A stretch of 64,000 bases of DNA from Azolla caroliniana (Eukaryota > Plantae > Polypodiophyta): NCBI GenBank assembly GCA_043228905.1, contig JBHGNT010000018.1, positions 2,356,001 through 2,420,000 of the forward strand. The letters are read 5' to 3'. Shown piece by piece: positions 38,119 to 50,154 of this stretch (position 1 is the first letter of the stretch; every line of letters begins with the position of its first letter). The position numbers and the translations under genes were made by a program. Below the pieces are notes generated by a model. The model searched no databases. It was not told the DNA's origin and saw only the letters and a program-made list of their open reading frames with translations.

Positions 38119-39196
38119 ATGGCTAAGGTAGAAATAGACAATAAGGAGTTTTTGGGCTCATTTGCTAATTTTTGTGATAAAGGGGTCATATTGTTTTTCA
38201 CGGGAAAGATACCTTTCCTTTGGAGGGTCAAACAATGGTTACGTGGGATTTTACAAGCTGATTGTGTTCAGGATGTTTATGCTGGTCCTCGTGGATTTTA
38301 TGAGGTTGTTTTGGTATCACAAGAGTATAAAGAGAAATTACTCAATATATTGCCAGTTTTTTATGAGAAAAGTTCGGTTCATGTTGTTTCGTGGAGACCA
38401 CTAGTGGAATACCAAGATATATTAAAGCAAGAGTGTCCCGTATGGGTTGAGGTAGAGTGCACATATTCAGTGGTTTGGCCAATATTACAGTCAACGATGG
38501 AAAAGTTGGGAAAGATCTTGGTGCCTCCTAGTGCTAATGCTCAAAATCGATATCGGATGTGTATTCTTTGGAATACAGCTATAAAGAGGCCAAGTTGTTT
38601 ACAGATTGCATGCTCTAGTATGCCGCCTATGTATTTTTGGCTTAAATGGGGCACATTTGCAGGACATTGTTTCCACTATGGTGTTGGGGCATTTTATGGC
38701 TGAATGTCCTCAAAAAAGAAATAATGTAGTGGAAGTGGTACATGAAGAGCCAACAACTCATGATCAGATTCAAGCTTTGACAATTTCAGAGCAAACAAAG
38801 GAACCACAAATTGTGAATGAGAAGGATGGAAAGACTCTAAAGGATGAAGGACAATGGTCAATAGTTTCTGGAAAGATGAAGAAGTCTAATAAAAATGTTG
38901 GGCATAATGTATCTATGGAGAAGGTCACACCGACACATCCCATGCAGAATAAACCATGGGCTCGTCAAGAGGACTATCCAAAGAAATTATCTTTTGATAA
39001 TAAAGGTAATTTGTATGTTCCTTGGAATAAACGGAAATCGGTGCCTCGTTCACATGAGGAGCCATCGGGGTCTAGAGTTTTGCATTCCCATAGTAATTCA
39101 TATGCAATCTTAGGGGATTTATTTCAAGATATGGCAGAAACATTAACAGTGAAGGAGACAGAGATTTCTCGAATAAAAGTAAAAAATAAAGTATGA
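38119..39196 (+). pseudogene. LINE ORF1 (DUF4283-like region + CCHC knuckle), frameshifted near 38685
   Basis: PVWVE motif; CFH.G.LGHFMAEC split over two frames. Confidence 0.8.
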
Positions 39197-42100
39197 AGAT
39201 CACCACATGGAATATGAGGGGATTGTGTTCTAGATTTAGAATGCATGAGGTTTGGAGGATTGTGTTAAGTGAGCAATGGGATGTTTTATGTGCAGTAGAG
39301 CATAAAGATCATCGTAATGCTGGTTTAATTAGTTATTCTAAGGGTTATACATTATGTTATGCTGGCAAGGTTCATGGGGATTATTCTGGGATTGTCATGT
39401 TTATAAGAGATAAATTTCACCCAAAAGTAATTGTTTCAAATGAATTTGGAAGATTTATTGTGGTAGAGATATGTTATGAAGGGCAAGCTCTTTGGTTAAT
39501 TGGTGTGTATGCATCAAATGTTTCACAAGAACAAAAGTTGTTATGGAGATCTCTAAACTCAGTGCTTGATAATGGTAGACCGGGTTTATTGATGAGAGAT
39601 TTTAATGTTTGTTGTGAGACAGATCAATCAACATCTATCCACTCTATTATGGATGGACCAAAGGCTCAAGAATGGGGAGATTTTGAGACTGAAGTCATGT
39701 TAAGGGATGTATGGAAATGGATCAAGGGAGATGAACATGGTTATACCTTTCAATCATCTCAATATAAGGATACTTGGAGTAGGTTGGATTGAATGTATGT
39801 AATGCATACCGAAGGTTTTTTACCAGAGATTTTGGATATTTCAGTGTCTTATGGGTCAATTATATCATATCATTTCCCATTAATTTTTAAGTTCAATCAC
39901 CACTCAATTAGAGGTTTTCATGAGTTTTTAGGAAAACCCTCGTTGATTTTTAATTCATCATTTTTGGATCATGAGGTCTTCCATGCCTATATGTGTCAAT
40001 TGATTGATGCATTTGCCTATCGTGTTCAATTTGATGGGTATGAAGCGTGGGAAGTATTTGTTGCAAATGTTCAGAGGTTAACTAGATATTATGGAATTCA
40101 CCATGCTTTTAAAAGGAGAAAGAAATTAAGTCACCTAGTTAATTTGCTTGATAAATGCAACTCATTGTTAACTTATTGGCCAACGGTTGTAGAGTTGATG
40201 GGATATCAAGAGGTATTAATTTCTGCGATGCATGACCTAACAACAAAAAATTATCAACATGCTAGACTACATCGTCTAAGACAAGAAGTGGATGATGCTA
40301 ATTGTCAATCACACAAGTTTTTTCATGACCTTCATGAATCACAAGCACGACATAATGTGGTAAGGTTAGAGGAAAATGGTATCATGTGTTCCGATCCTCA
40401 AGAAATTGTGAAGAAATGCATAGAATATTATACACAATTGTTGGATGTACAAGTGTATATCAATGATAATGTTAAAAAGGATAGAGATGTATTTTTTAAT
40501 GGAGTGAAAAATCATGTATTGCATTATGTGGCACAATCATTAGATGCTAATATTTTAGAGGATGAGGTGGAACATGTCATGTCACATCTTGCTAATGATA
40601 AGAGTCCTAGGTGGGATGGATTAACACATGAACTCTTTAAGAAATATGTGATTAAGTTAAAGGGGCCTTTTACGATTTTATTTCATAAGGCGTGGACATC
40701 AGGGGAAATGCCTCATTCTTGGATGATTGGTTTGATCAAGCTTTTGCCGAAGGTGCCATCTCCATCTTCCTTTGCTCAATGGAGGCCTATTTCATTGATG
40801 GGGGGAATGTACAAGATTTTTGCAAAAGTGATGGCCAATAGGTTGCATAAGGTTTTACCTTCTATTATTCATAATGCTCAATATGGGGTTTTAGCAAAAA
40901 GAGACATTTTACATAATATTTTAAATGTTGAAATGGCAATTGACTATGCAAAGGAGTCTACACAAGAATTAGTGTTGCTACAGTTGGATATCGAGAAAGC
41001 CTATGATAATGTGGATTGGTCATTTATAAATCAATTGATGTCTCATATGGGTTTTGGTGATCGTATGTCTAAGTTGATATACACTTTAGGGGAGGGTTCA
41101 GTTTCACATGTGATGTTTAATGGAGAAGTAACACAACCAATTTCTATTTGGAGGTCAGTTAGACAAGGATGCCCGGTAAGTCCTTTACTATTCACTATTG
41201 TGACACATCCTATTCTTGTTAAGTTACACAATATGGCTATGGAGGAAGAATTGCTTTGAGTAAGGTTGCCATCAGGGAAGCCATGTATTGTTCAAGCTCT
41301 CGCAGATGACCATATTATGTTTTTGGCACCTAATCGGGAAAATATTAGTAAGACAAGAGATGTGTGGGAATTGTTTTCAAATGCTTCAAGGTTGAGAATT
41401 AATATACATAAATATGTGCTCATTTCATGTACAGAACAAGATGTGTTAGGGTTGGGGTGGTCATGAAGGATAGTACATCGTGGTATGATTTGTCGTCATC
41501 TTGGATATCCAATTGGGGTGGAAATTTCTCATGTGAAACTTATTGAGTGGGTATCCAAAAGGTTGGAGGATAAGTTTATGTATTAGAGGTCTCAATTTTG
41601 GCGTTTTCTTGTACGACTTAAGGTGGTCCAATCGATTATGGTCTCTATGGTATCTTATTATCTTCCTTTGCTCCCATGGTCAAAGAAAGCTCTTGAAATG
41701 TTGGCACGCTCGATGTGAATGTTGTTATGGAAAAGAAAAGGGAAAAGTGCCTTGTCATGGTTGGCATGGGATCATGTTTGTACTCCGAAGCGTCTTGGTG
41801 GGGCATCAATATTGAATCTATATGAGCATATGGTGGCTTGTCGATTTACTTTCATTCAATTCATGTTTGAAGGTGTACAACCCTGGACAGAAATGGTGAC
41901 ATACTTTATAGAGAAGAACGGAATAAAGCTTGGAAACATGAAGGTTGAAGCGAATTGGTGAAATGTAATTAATTCTGACAAGGATGTCAAATGTACAGGG
42001 TCTATGATAGTTAATCATTTGTTGACATCTTGGCAAAGTATGTTGGATTTTGTGGAATGGCATCCCCCACAAGAAAGGGGATGTGCCAATTCATTACAAA

Positions 42101-43013
42101 TGGAGATTTTGGTAACATCAAGGTTGTTGAGGTGGGAAGGTAAACAAATTCTTAACCTTCAATTTAATCGGACGGATAGATTGGGTTTGGTAACAGTTAA
42201 GGATGTTATGTTGGTTTCACAAAGAAGATTAATGGCTTTTCAAACAATAAGATCAACATTTCGTATTCCAAAAGGTTATAACTTTATTTGGGATAAGTTG
42301 CAACAAATACTATCTTCGCATGAGCCAATTCTTGATTTAGATGGGCGATCTCGAGAGCTTGATTGGAGGTGTGTTGGAAATAAGAGATTGACTATGATCT
42401 CAACGAATGTTGCTTATCACAAGTTGATTGACAAACATAAGTGGTTGGAAGAAAGGGTTATAAAGATATGGGGTTTTCATAAGCCCATTACTTGGTGGTT
42501 TCATGTGATCAAGGTAGGTTGGTGTTCTCGATTGATGCTACGAGCCAAGGTATTTATTTGGAGAGTTATGGTTGGAGCTTTACCATTAGGGAATGCATTA
42601 AAAAAAAGAAACATTACTAAAGGATTGGTAGGCATCGATTTATTTCATGCCTGATGGCAAGGATGGTTTGGAGGTGTATTAGTTTAGTGTGGATGTCTCT
42701 AACAGGAGTAAGTCTATCTTCCTTCAGTTGGGTTTTTGCACATATGGAGAACAATGAACCGATGCCTCATTTTCAAATTATTTTTGAGTTCTTGAGGTAT
42801 TGGGGGTTATGGTTCAATTGGAATATGCGGAATGCCTTCATTTTTTATTCGCAAATTGGGGTGAGAAAATATGTTCTAAAGTTACAAGAACTTCTTTTGT
42901 GGCAATTGACAGTGCTAGAGAAGTCACAAAATCTCAACCAGGAAGAGAGAGAACTTTGCAAGGTCATATATCATCATACCCACCATTTGAATTGGTGTGT
43001 AGGGTGGCATTGA
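39193..43013 (+). pseudogene. LINE ORF2 (APE endonuclease, RT, C-terminal zinc region)
   Basis: MKITTWNMRGL, DFN, SRLD; WRPISL, LDIEKAYD, RQGCPVSP, LADD; KVFIWR. In-frame stops. Confidence 0.92.
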
Positions 43014-43118
43014 GTTTGGTGTCGTAGTATTCTTTAGATCCCTTGATAGAAGGGTTCTATACTTTGTAGTAAGTTAGTCATGGTGGTGTTTTTTTCTTTC
43101 GTAATGAAAGCCATTATT

Positions 43119-43190
<72 letters not shown>

Positions 43191-43192
<2 letters not shown>

Positions 43193-43393
43193 GAAGTGAG
43201 TACTAATGTGGCAATTTTCTTTATTGGAGTAAGTGGAAATTCTTTCCTCGGTGGAGTGTTCGTCTTGCCTATTGGAATTCAACATGTTCTACTACCTATG
43301 TAGTGTAGTTAGTGGGTGACCATACTCCATTGTCACACCCATTGTGAGTAGTGTTTTTTACACACATTTATTAATATAATTGTGTGTTTTCAT
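43191..43393 (+). mobile_element. Short 5'-truncated 3' end of a related L1, flanked by (GA)n on both sides
   Basis: Reads LK.VLMWQFSLLE, like the ORF2 end LQELLLWQLTVLE; similar to 49620-49810. Confidence 0.65.
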
Positions 43394-43420
43394 GAGAGAG
43401 AGAGAGAGAGAGAGAGAGAG

Positions 43421-43622
43421 CCTAGATGGATGTAGCTTAGTTGGTAAGGTTGCCCAATGGAGACCAAGTGGTCATGGGTTCAACCCTTACATTCCACAGT
43501 GGCATCTAGTGAAATAAGAGATATCAATTGAGTATCTAATAGAGAGGTGAGAAAGAAAATTGGGTTATACTAGTGATAGTAGTGTATAACAACTTACCAC
43601 TAGGGTAAGCTAATTACAATAA
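43421..43622 (+). mobile_element. tRNA-derived SINE-like element
   Basis: A-box TAGCTTAGTTGG, B-box GGTTCAACCC; second copy inverted at about 48258-48388; ends AATAAA + (GA)n. Confidence 0.6.
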
Positions 43623-43636
43623 AGAGAGAGAGAGTA

Positions 43637-45560
43637 TGATAAAATGGAAATATATTAAATTAAATGGAAAGAGTTCAAAGGATAGGAATAGGCTCACAGT
43701 TTAAGACTGGCGTTGAACCGAATTAGTTCAAGGAGTACAATATGACTCTATTTATATGTCCCCAAGGAGTATTGTTGGATTTTCCATAATATTCTAGATA
43801 GTGAGAATATTCATAAAGTTTCTAGATTATTCCAAAAAGTTCAGGAATCTAGGGGAAATATCATATGTCAGTCATTAACATATATTGTAACAATTATCTC
43901 GATGATAGGGCTTTGATACATGTATCATAAGTTCATGGGTTCAAATCCTCTTGGGATAATATAGCTTGTCATTATAACATTATCCTCGGTCTTCGAACGA
44001 TGAGTATCATGAGTCGTCATTGGTTGGGAACCTAGTTTATTTAGATATTGTTGATGGAATTCCTTGACCAAGGCTTGAGCATTAGCAACATTTTCCATTG
44101 TGGTCGCTCAGACTATACCCCAACCAATTCAAGTAGTATAACTTGTTATGGACAATCTTGAAATCAATAGTACCATCAACTTTGTACTTTGTTCCATTTT
44201 CAAGTTTAACAGTTGGAGGTGGTATAATACGATTTGGAGTAGAACTTATCTAGCATGGTTCTAAGAGAGAACACCGGAATACTAGATGTAGTTGCAATTG
44301 TAGTGGAGATCAAGGCGAAAGGTTACATCATTTATTTTTGCAATAGTGACAAAAGGGCCTAACCATTGATAATCCAATTTACCACACGGCCAAGTAGCCT
44401 TTATATAACGTAATAACCATTACTCAATCTCCAACTTGAAAAGTAGATGGAAGTTGATGCTAATGTACATTGGATTTGTGTGTTACTTAACCATTCTTGT
44501 AAATGTTTGGAAAGTTCCACCTAAATTTGTCACAGTCGATGTAAATGGTCATGAGCACTAGGATTTCTTGGTAATTCAAGAGCTTTCAAGAAACATGTGT
44601 ATCATAGAATGGTGTCGCCCTAGTATAGGAATGCACAAAATTACTATATATGAATTCTACGAAATGCAATATATTGACCCAAGCATATTGTTGATGATTG
44701 ACGATGCAACAAAGATACTACTCTAAAGTTTGATTTGTATGATCTGTTTGACCATCAATTTGTGGGTGATAACCTGAGGGCAGTTTGTTGGAGACTTTGA
44801 GCATTGTGAATAAATGTTTCTAAAACTTAGATATAAATTATGGAAATTGGTAAATTCACAGTTTTTTTGGGGGGATGGAATATGGCTATCATTTGTAGTG
44901 CAAATAATCATATTTCTGAACTCAAAAAAAAAATTGTGAATTTACCAATTTCCTAAATTATGGGCCACAATTAATGATGATGTTGTCCGGCAGACATGAT
45001 GTCGAAATACCTCACACATGACTAGGTCTAATGTTTCATCACTTATCTAATGCATATGCTTCAATAATTAATGGTTTCGTGGATCAACATGTGTTAAAAT
45101 ACCGGCGGATGTAAATGCCTTCTAAGATCCAAAAAAACCTTATTTGCATCGGTAGTCTAAACAAATGATCGATTTTTCCACGTGAGTGTGAGAGGCAAAA
45201 TCATTTTTGAATAATCTTGTATGAATTTGCGATAAACATTTACAAATCATAGAAAACATTGCACATGTCCAAAAGAACGTGGAGACTACCAATCCAACAT
45301 GATTTGAACTTTAGTTGGATCCATAGAGATTCCTTAAAAGGAGATGTAGACTAAAAATTCCACTTGCTTGCAATCAAATTTGCATTTCTCTAATTTTGCA
45401 TAAATGTCATATTCTCGTAATCGTTATAGTACGTGATGAACATGGGAATCATGCTCCTCGTGTATTTTTGAATAAATTAGTAGATCATCCAAATAGATGA
45501 TTAGAAAGATGTTCATGAGATCTCGGAAAATATCATTCGCCATAAGTTGAAAATTTGTTG
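43637..45560 (-). mobile_element. Relic chromovirus (Tcn1-like) Gypsy: RT remnant, integrase end with chromodomain, probable 3' LTR near 43637-43980
   Basis: Minus strand IIYLDDLLIYSK (ORF 45424-45684); KLDYQWLGPF; chromodomain-like YYL.W.GY; PPT-like GAGGATAA before TGTTATAATGACA. Confidence 0.7.
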
Positions 45561-47034
45561 GTGAATTCATGCACATATATGCACATGTGCACATAATCAC
45601 ATAAAGAACACTTCCACGTTTACACGTACACATGTAGTTGAACGCAAAACACATACATATTTGCACATGCACATGAACTTGCACTCAAATATATCACAAG
45701 CACACATACGCGCAATTTTACACTCACTTTCAAACAAACACACAAAAATTTGCACATATAAACATATGTTATGCTAGTTCACTTTCACGTAAACAAACAT
45801 ATATGTACTTGCACAACATTTACATACACATTTACACTTTCTGAAACAAGTAATTGTGAAATACAAACATTATCTTATGCATCGAGTGGATGTTTACAAG
45901 TGTATCTACACGAATCAAGACAAGAAGCTTGATTTAAAGAAACAAGAATGAGAACCAATTCATCAACTAACTCTTGTGACACTTCCTTGACAATGCAATC
46001 TTCCCCAATTTAAGTACTCATTGGTCACGTTCCACATTTTACACACACACACTTGAATTTCTCACAACAACGCATGTTTCGAAATGATGTGCTACGTATT
46101 TATATATGTCTTTCCACCAATATTAGTCCTTGAGCATTGAGAAGGTTGTAATCTGTTTACTTCTATCTACACCCCACTTAGATTCATAAAATCCAAACAC
46201 CAGTTTAAGTTTCTCTTCCCTCTTGCAAACCAAGAAACCAATTGCTCTAGGCTTTTAGTTAGTCATTTTTTGTCCTCAAATATGTTCATTGCTTTAGACA
46301 ATTTTTTGGAATTATGAATTTTATGAGACCCAAAGTCAAAATAAGTGTCATCTTCTTATTAGCCCTTTAGATTTCAATCGATTTGAAACACATATTAGGT
46401 TCCATTTGGATCTCTTGGTTAATTATCCATCTATTTCCTACTCAATTTATCGTGTGGTCAACCTTCCTTAGCATTAATGCTTCAAGTAGGAGCCCTTTTA
46501 GAGCCTTGACATGGCTATATTAGATCTTTCAGTATCCTTATAAAAGAACACTTCTTACTCAAGTGTTATTGTTGAGAATCACCTTGAGATCGATGTTGGG
46601 GGACATTGTCGTGATGTGGGGAGTTAACACAAGTTAAACTAGAAATATATATAAAAGGTTGAAGGATAGGGCAAGGGTATGCTAAGAATTAGTATGAATG
46701 TGTTGTAATTAAATATAGCAAAAATGCTTAGCTCAATTGGCAAGAGTTTATGTTAAGAATGGAAGCTCAAAAGTTTCAGTCTTGTTTGGATCATAAAAAA
46801 TTAGGTGGTTGTTAATTGGATGAACAAATTGAATTGACCAAATGGGTTATGATTGGCATTTTGTTCGCATTGAGCGCTCATGGAAAAGGAGAGCCTACAA
46901 GGTGCATCCTAAATAAATAAAATTTTGAAAGGGGGGAATTTTGGATCAAGGCAAAATGCCCCTCAAATTTTGAACCAGTGCCGGGGTTGCAAATCAAGAG
47001 GGTGTGGCGACTAAGACCAACAATGACAAGAGAC

Positions 47035-48150
47035 GACATGACCATTGTCTATTGGGATGTTGCAACAACCCGAAAATCTTCTATCCCTATCTTCAAATAT
47101 ATTTGCCTTCAATCTACTCCATATATCAGAGTTGAGCCTTTACTTGTGCATACTCAGTTCATGAATTTAGTGTCACTCATAAAATTAGTACATATGATCA
47201 AATATTCATTTTTGTGATCGAACGAGGAATGCATCAACCTTTTTGGCTTAGAACTATGACCTCGGGACGTGAAGTTACATGATTTTGGGCAAATTGATGA
47301 AATGAATAATGAATCTCCACATTATCACACCAAAAATCTTGTTGCGTTAACTTGCCTCGAGGGTTTGTGATGGATTTTTTTATTCTCGATTCCGACCTTC
47401 GAGGGAAAACTTGTAAGTACTCATAAATTTTTAGATGATGGGAGTCAAACCTATAATGTCGACCAACGCCGACGTCTCGTCCACTGACCAATTCCCGAAG
47501 AAGACTAAAATTGTAGTTTCCAAATCTTCTATGCTCCCCCACTGAGGAGGGCTATATTTACTACTACTAAAATCGTAATTCTCGAATATTCAAGGCAACA
47601 TGATTGTCGTCTATTGGGATGTTGCACGCAAATCTTTTATCTCTATCTTCAAAATATTTGCCTTCAATCTACTCCATGGATTGGAGTTGAGTCTTTACTT
47701 GTGCATACTCACTTCATGAATTTAGTGTTACTCATAAAATTATTACATATGATCAAATATTCATTTTTGTGATTGAATGAGGAATGGGTCAGCCTTTTTG
47801 GCTTAGAATTATGATCTCGAGACGCGATGTTACACGATTTTGGGCAAAATTGACGAAACGAATAACGAATCTCCAAATTATCACACCAAAAAACTTGTCT
47901 CCCTAACTCACCTTGAGGATTTGTGATGGATTTTTTGGATCTCGATTCCGACCTCCGAGTGAAAAGTTGTAAGTACTCGTAAATTTTTAGATGATGGGAG
48001 TCAAACCTACTATGTCGACCGAGGCCGACGTCCCGTCCACCGACTGACGCCCAAAGAGGATCAAAATCGTAATTTTCAAATCTTCTCTATTCCCCCCACT
48101 AGGGAGGGTTATATTTGAATTTACTACTAAAATCGTAGTTTTTTAATATT
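47035..48150 (+). repeat. Tandem duplication of about 560 bp (2 units)
   Basis: CATGA..GTCTATTGGGATGTTGCA... to ACTACTAAAATCGTA..AATATTC at about 47035-47590 and 47597-48150. Confidence 0.88.
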
Positions 48151-48257
48151 CTCCTTCACACACTTGTATATTCCTAAGGTGTGTGTTCACACACTAGGGT
48201 AAGTTGAGTTTGATTCTCGACAAGACTACTAAAACTACATCCTTGATTCGATACCGA

Positions 48258-48388
48258 AATTTCTCACCTCTCTATTACTCTATAAATATCTCTTAATTTA
48301 CTAGATGCCACTATGAAATGTATGAGTTGAACCCATGACTCTGGTCTCCATCGAGCAACCTTACGAACCGAGTCACATTCATTTGGTC
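48258..48388 (-). mobile_element. Second copy of the tRNA-derived SINE-like element
   Basis: Reverse complement GTAAGGTTGCTCGATGGAGACCAGAGTCATGGGTTCAAC...GTGGCATCTAGT matches 43445-43510. Confidence 0.6.
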
Positions 48389-48934
48389 AATGATTTTCTC
48401 TTATCTCCTCTCTCTTTCTCTACCTTTTTGTCTCCCTCATTTCCCTTGACTTTCATTCCCTTATAAAACATCGTTTAGTGCCTAAGTTTTCATCTTTCAT
48501 TCCCTTGACTTTCAATTTCACCTTATAAAAAAGAAAAAAACATCGTTTAGTGACTACCCACTAGGGGCAAAACCTTCCCCAAATACCCTTCCCACATACC
48601 AATGCATTTTCCCTTCTCACTTACACATTGAATCACTCTTATAGACTTAAAAGTATAAATTTAATACCCTTTGAACTACCTACACATAGAATAACTATTG
48701 AAACAAACTAACTCTATTTAAACCAATGGAACATATAGGACAATATGTTGCACTTAAACTATGAAGAGACATTGCCACGTTTACACTCACTTGATAAAGA
48801 ACAAAGACACAAGACATCACCAACTCATACTAGCTTCCATTAGTGTGTTGAAGGTATTTATAAATTATTAACATGACAAAGGGTTGGTCTTATAACATAT
48901 AATTAGAGAGACGATTAAGGAGAAGGAGAGAGAG

Positions 48935-49873
48935 GCTTAACCTTTAACAGTAGGGAGATATGTTAAATGAGAAATAATCCTTGCAAAGGTTTGTAATTTC
49001 ACCTTTATATAAAACTTCATTGTTTAACCAATATATATATTATGTCCCATCTCCTCCAATGATGGATTTGTGATTTGGCAACAATTACAAGATACATCTT
49101 TAATGCATATGGTCTGTTACCTCTATAAACAAAAGAGCAAATGTGCGTTGATTGGCATTTACAAGGTGAAATGTCATTTTTACAAGTGATTACTAATCTC
49201 TGTATCATTGCTTTGTTTAGTCTATTCGATAGCTATCATATAAGGTCAAACAAAAATGGAAAGTACATAATTTTGATTATTGATGGCGACAAATATCAAA
49301 ACATAATTGCCATTCTAAATTGCAACTTGTAGCAAAGGTCTTCATTTGGAGAGTTTTGATTGGGGGAACACCTCTAAAGCAACATGAACTAGCAACAAAC
49401 AATTGCATCTTTTGCATTCATATTTGGCAAGTTTTATCATGTTGTTATTTGACACCAAGTGCCAAGACAGTGGTCCTCCCACAATTCACACTGGTCAACC
49501 AAAAATAAAAAATAGAGACCATTTTCCTATTTCTGAGATATTGAGGATTGCATCATGAGTAGGATATGTGCAATGCTTTTGTATTTGATAATAGGCATGG
49601 CATCAACGCATATCTATGAAAGTTGAAAGGAGTGCTAATGTGAGCATTTTCTTTATAAGAGAAAGTAGAAATTCTTTCCTAGGTGGAGTGTTTGTCATAT
49701 TTTTTGTTGGCGATTCAACATGTGCCACTATCCTACAAGTTAGTGGTGAAATTACACTTAATCGTAGTACCCATTGTAGTATGTAGTGTTTTTCATACAC
49801 ATTTTTTGATGTAATAGTGTGTTTTCATCAACAATAGATAGATGTATTGTTAATGTCCATGGGAGACCGATTG

Positions 49874-49877
<4 letters not shown>
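48935..49877 (+). mobile_element. Old 5'-truncated L1 fragment (ORF2 C-terminus) between GA-rich tracts
   Basis: AKVFIWRVLIGGTPL (49320-49508) matches RAKVFIWRVMVGALPL; GA-rich tract 48920-48934 and (GA)n 49878-49907. Confidence 0.7.
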
Positions 49878-49911
<34 letters not shown>

Positions 49912-50154
49912 AAATGCCCAAAAAATGCCAGGGGCTTTTGGGAAATATGCAAAATGAATAGGGGCATTTGGGGAAATATGCAAAAATATCAGGGGCATTC
50001 TGGGGAATAAAGAAAAGCTCACGGGACATAAGGAAGAAGAAGACCCCCCCCCCTCCCCAAAGGGTTTATAGGGCTTTCGATCTTCCCTTCCTTACTGTCA
50101 AATTTCTGTCCCAAGAAGAAGAAGAAGAAGAAGCAGACGAAGACGCAAGGTTCC

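Larger units (their letters stand above)
37580..43121 (+). mobile_element. Near full-length L1/Tx1-like LINE lying between two (GA)n tracts
   Basis: ORF1 with zinc knuckle and ORF2 (EN, RT, zf-RVT); flanked by (GA)n at 37559-37579 and 43122-43190; no poly(A). Confidence 0.92.

Noticed and set aside
49915-50010. Three AGGGGC.TT..GGGAAATA units of about 32 bp upstream of the PPR start
   Set aside because: Could be promoter repeats or a Mutator-like TIR remnant; no partner TIR or TSD found, so not called.
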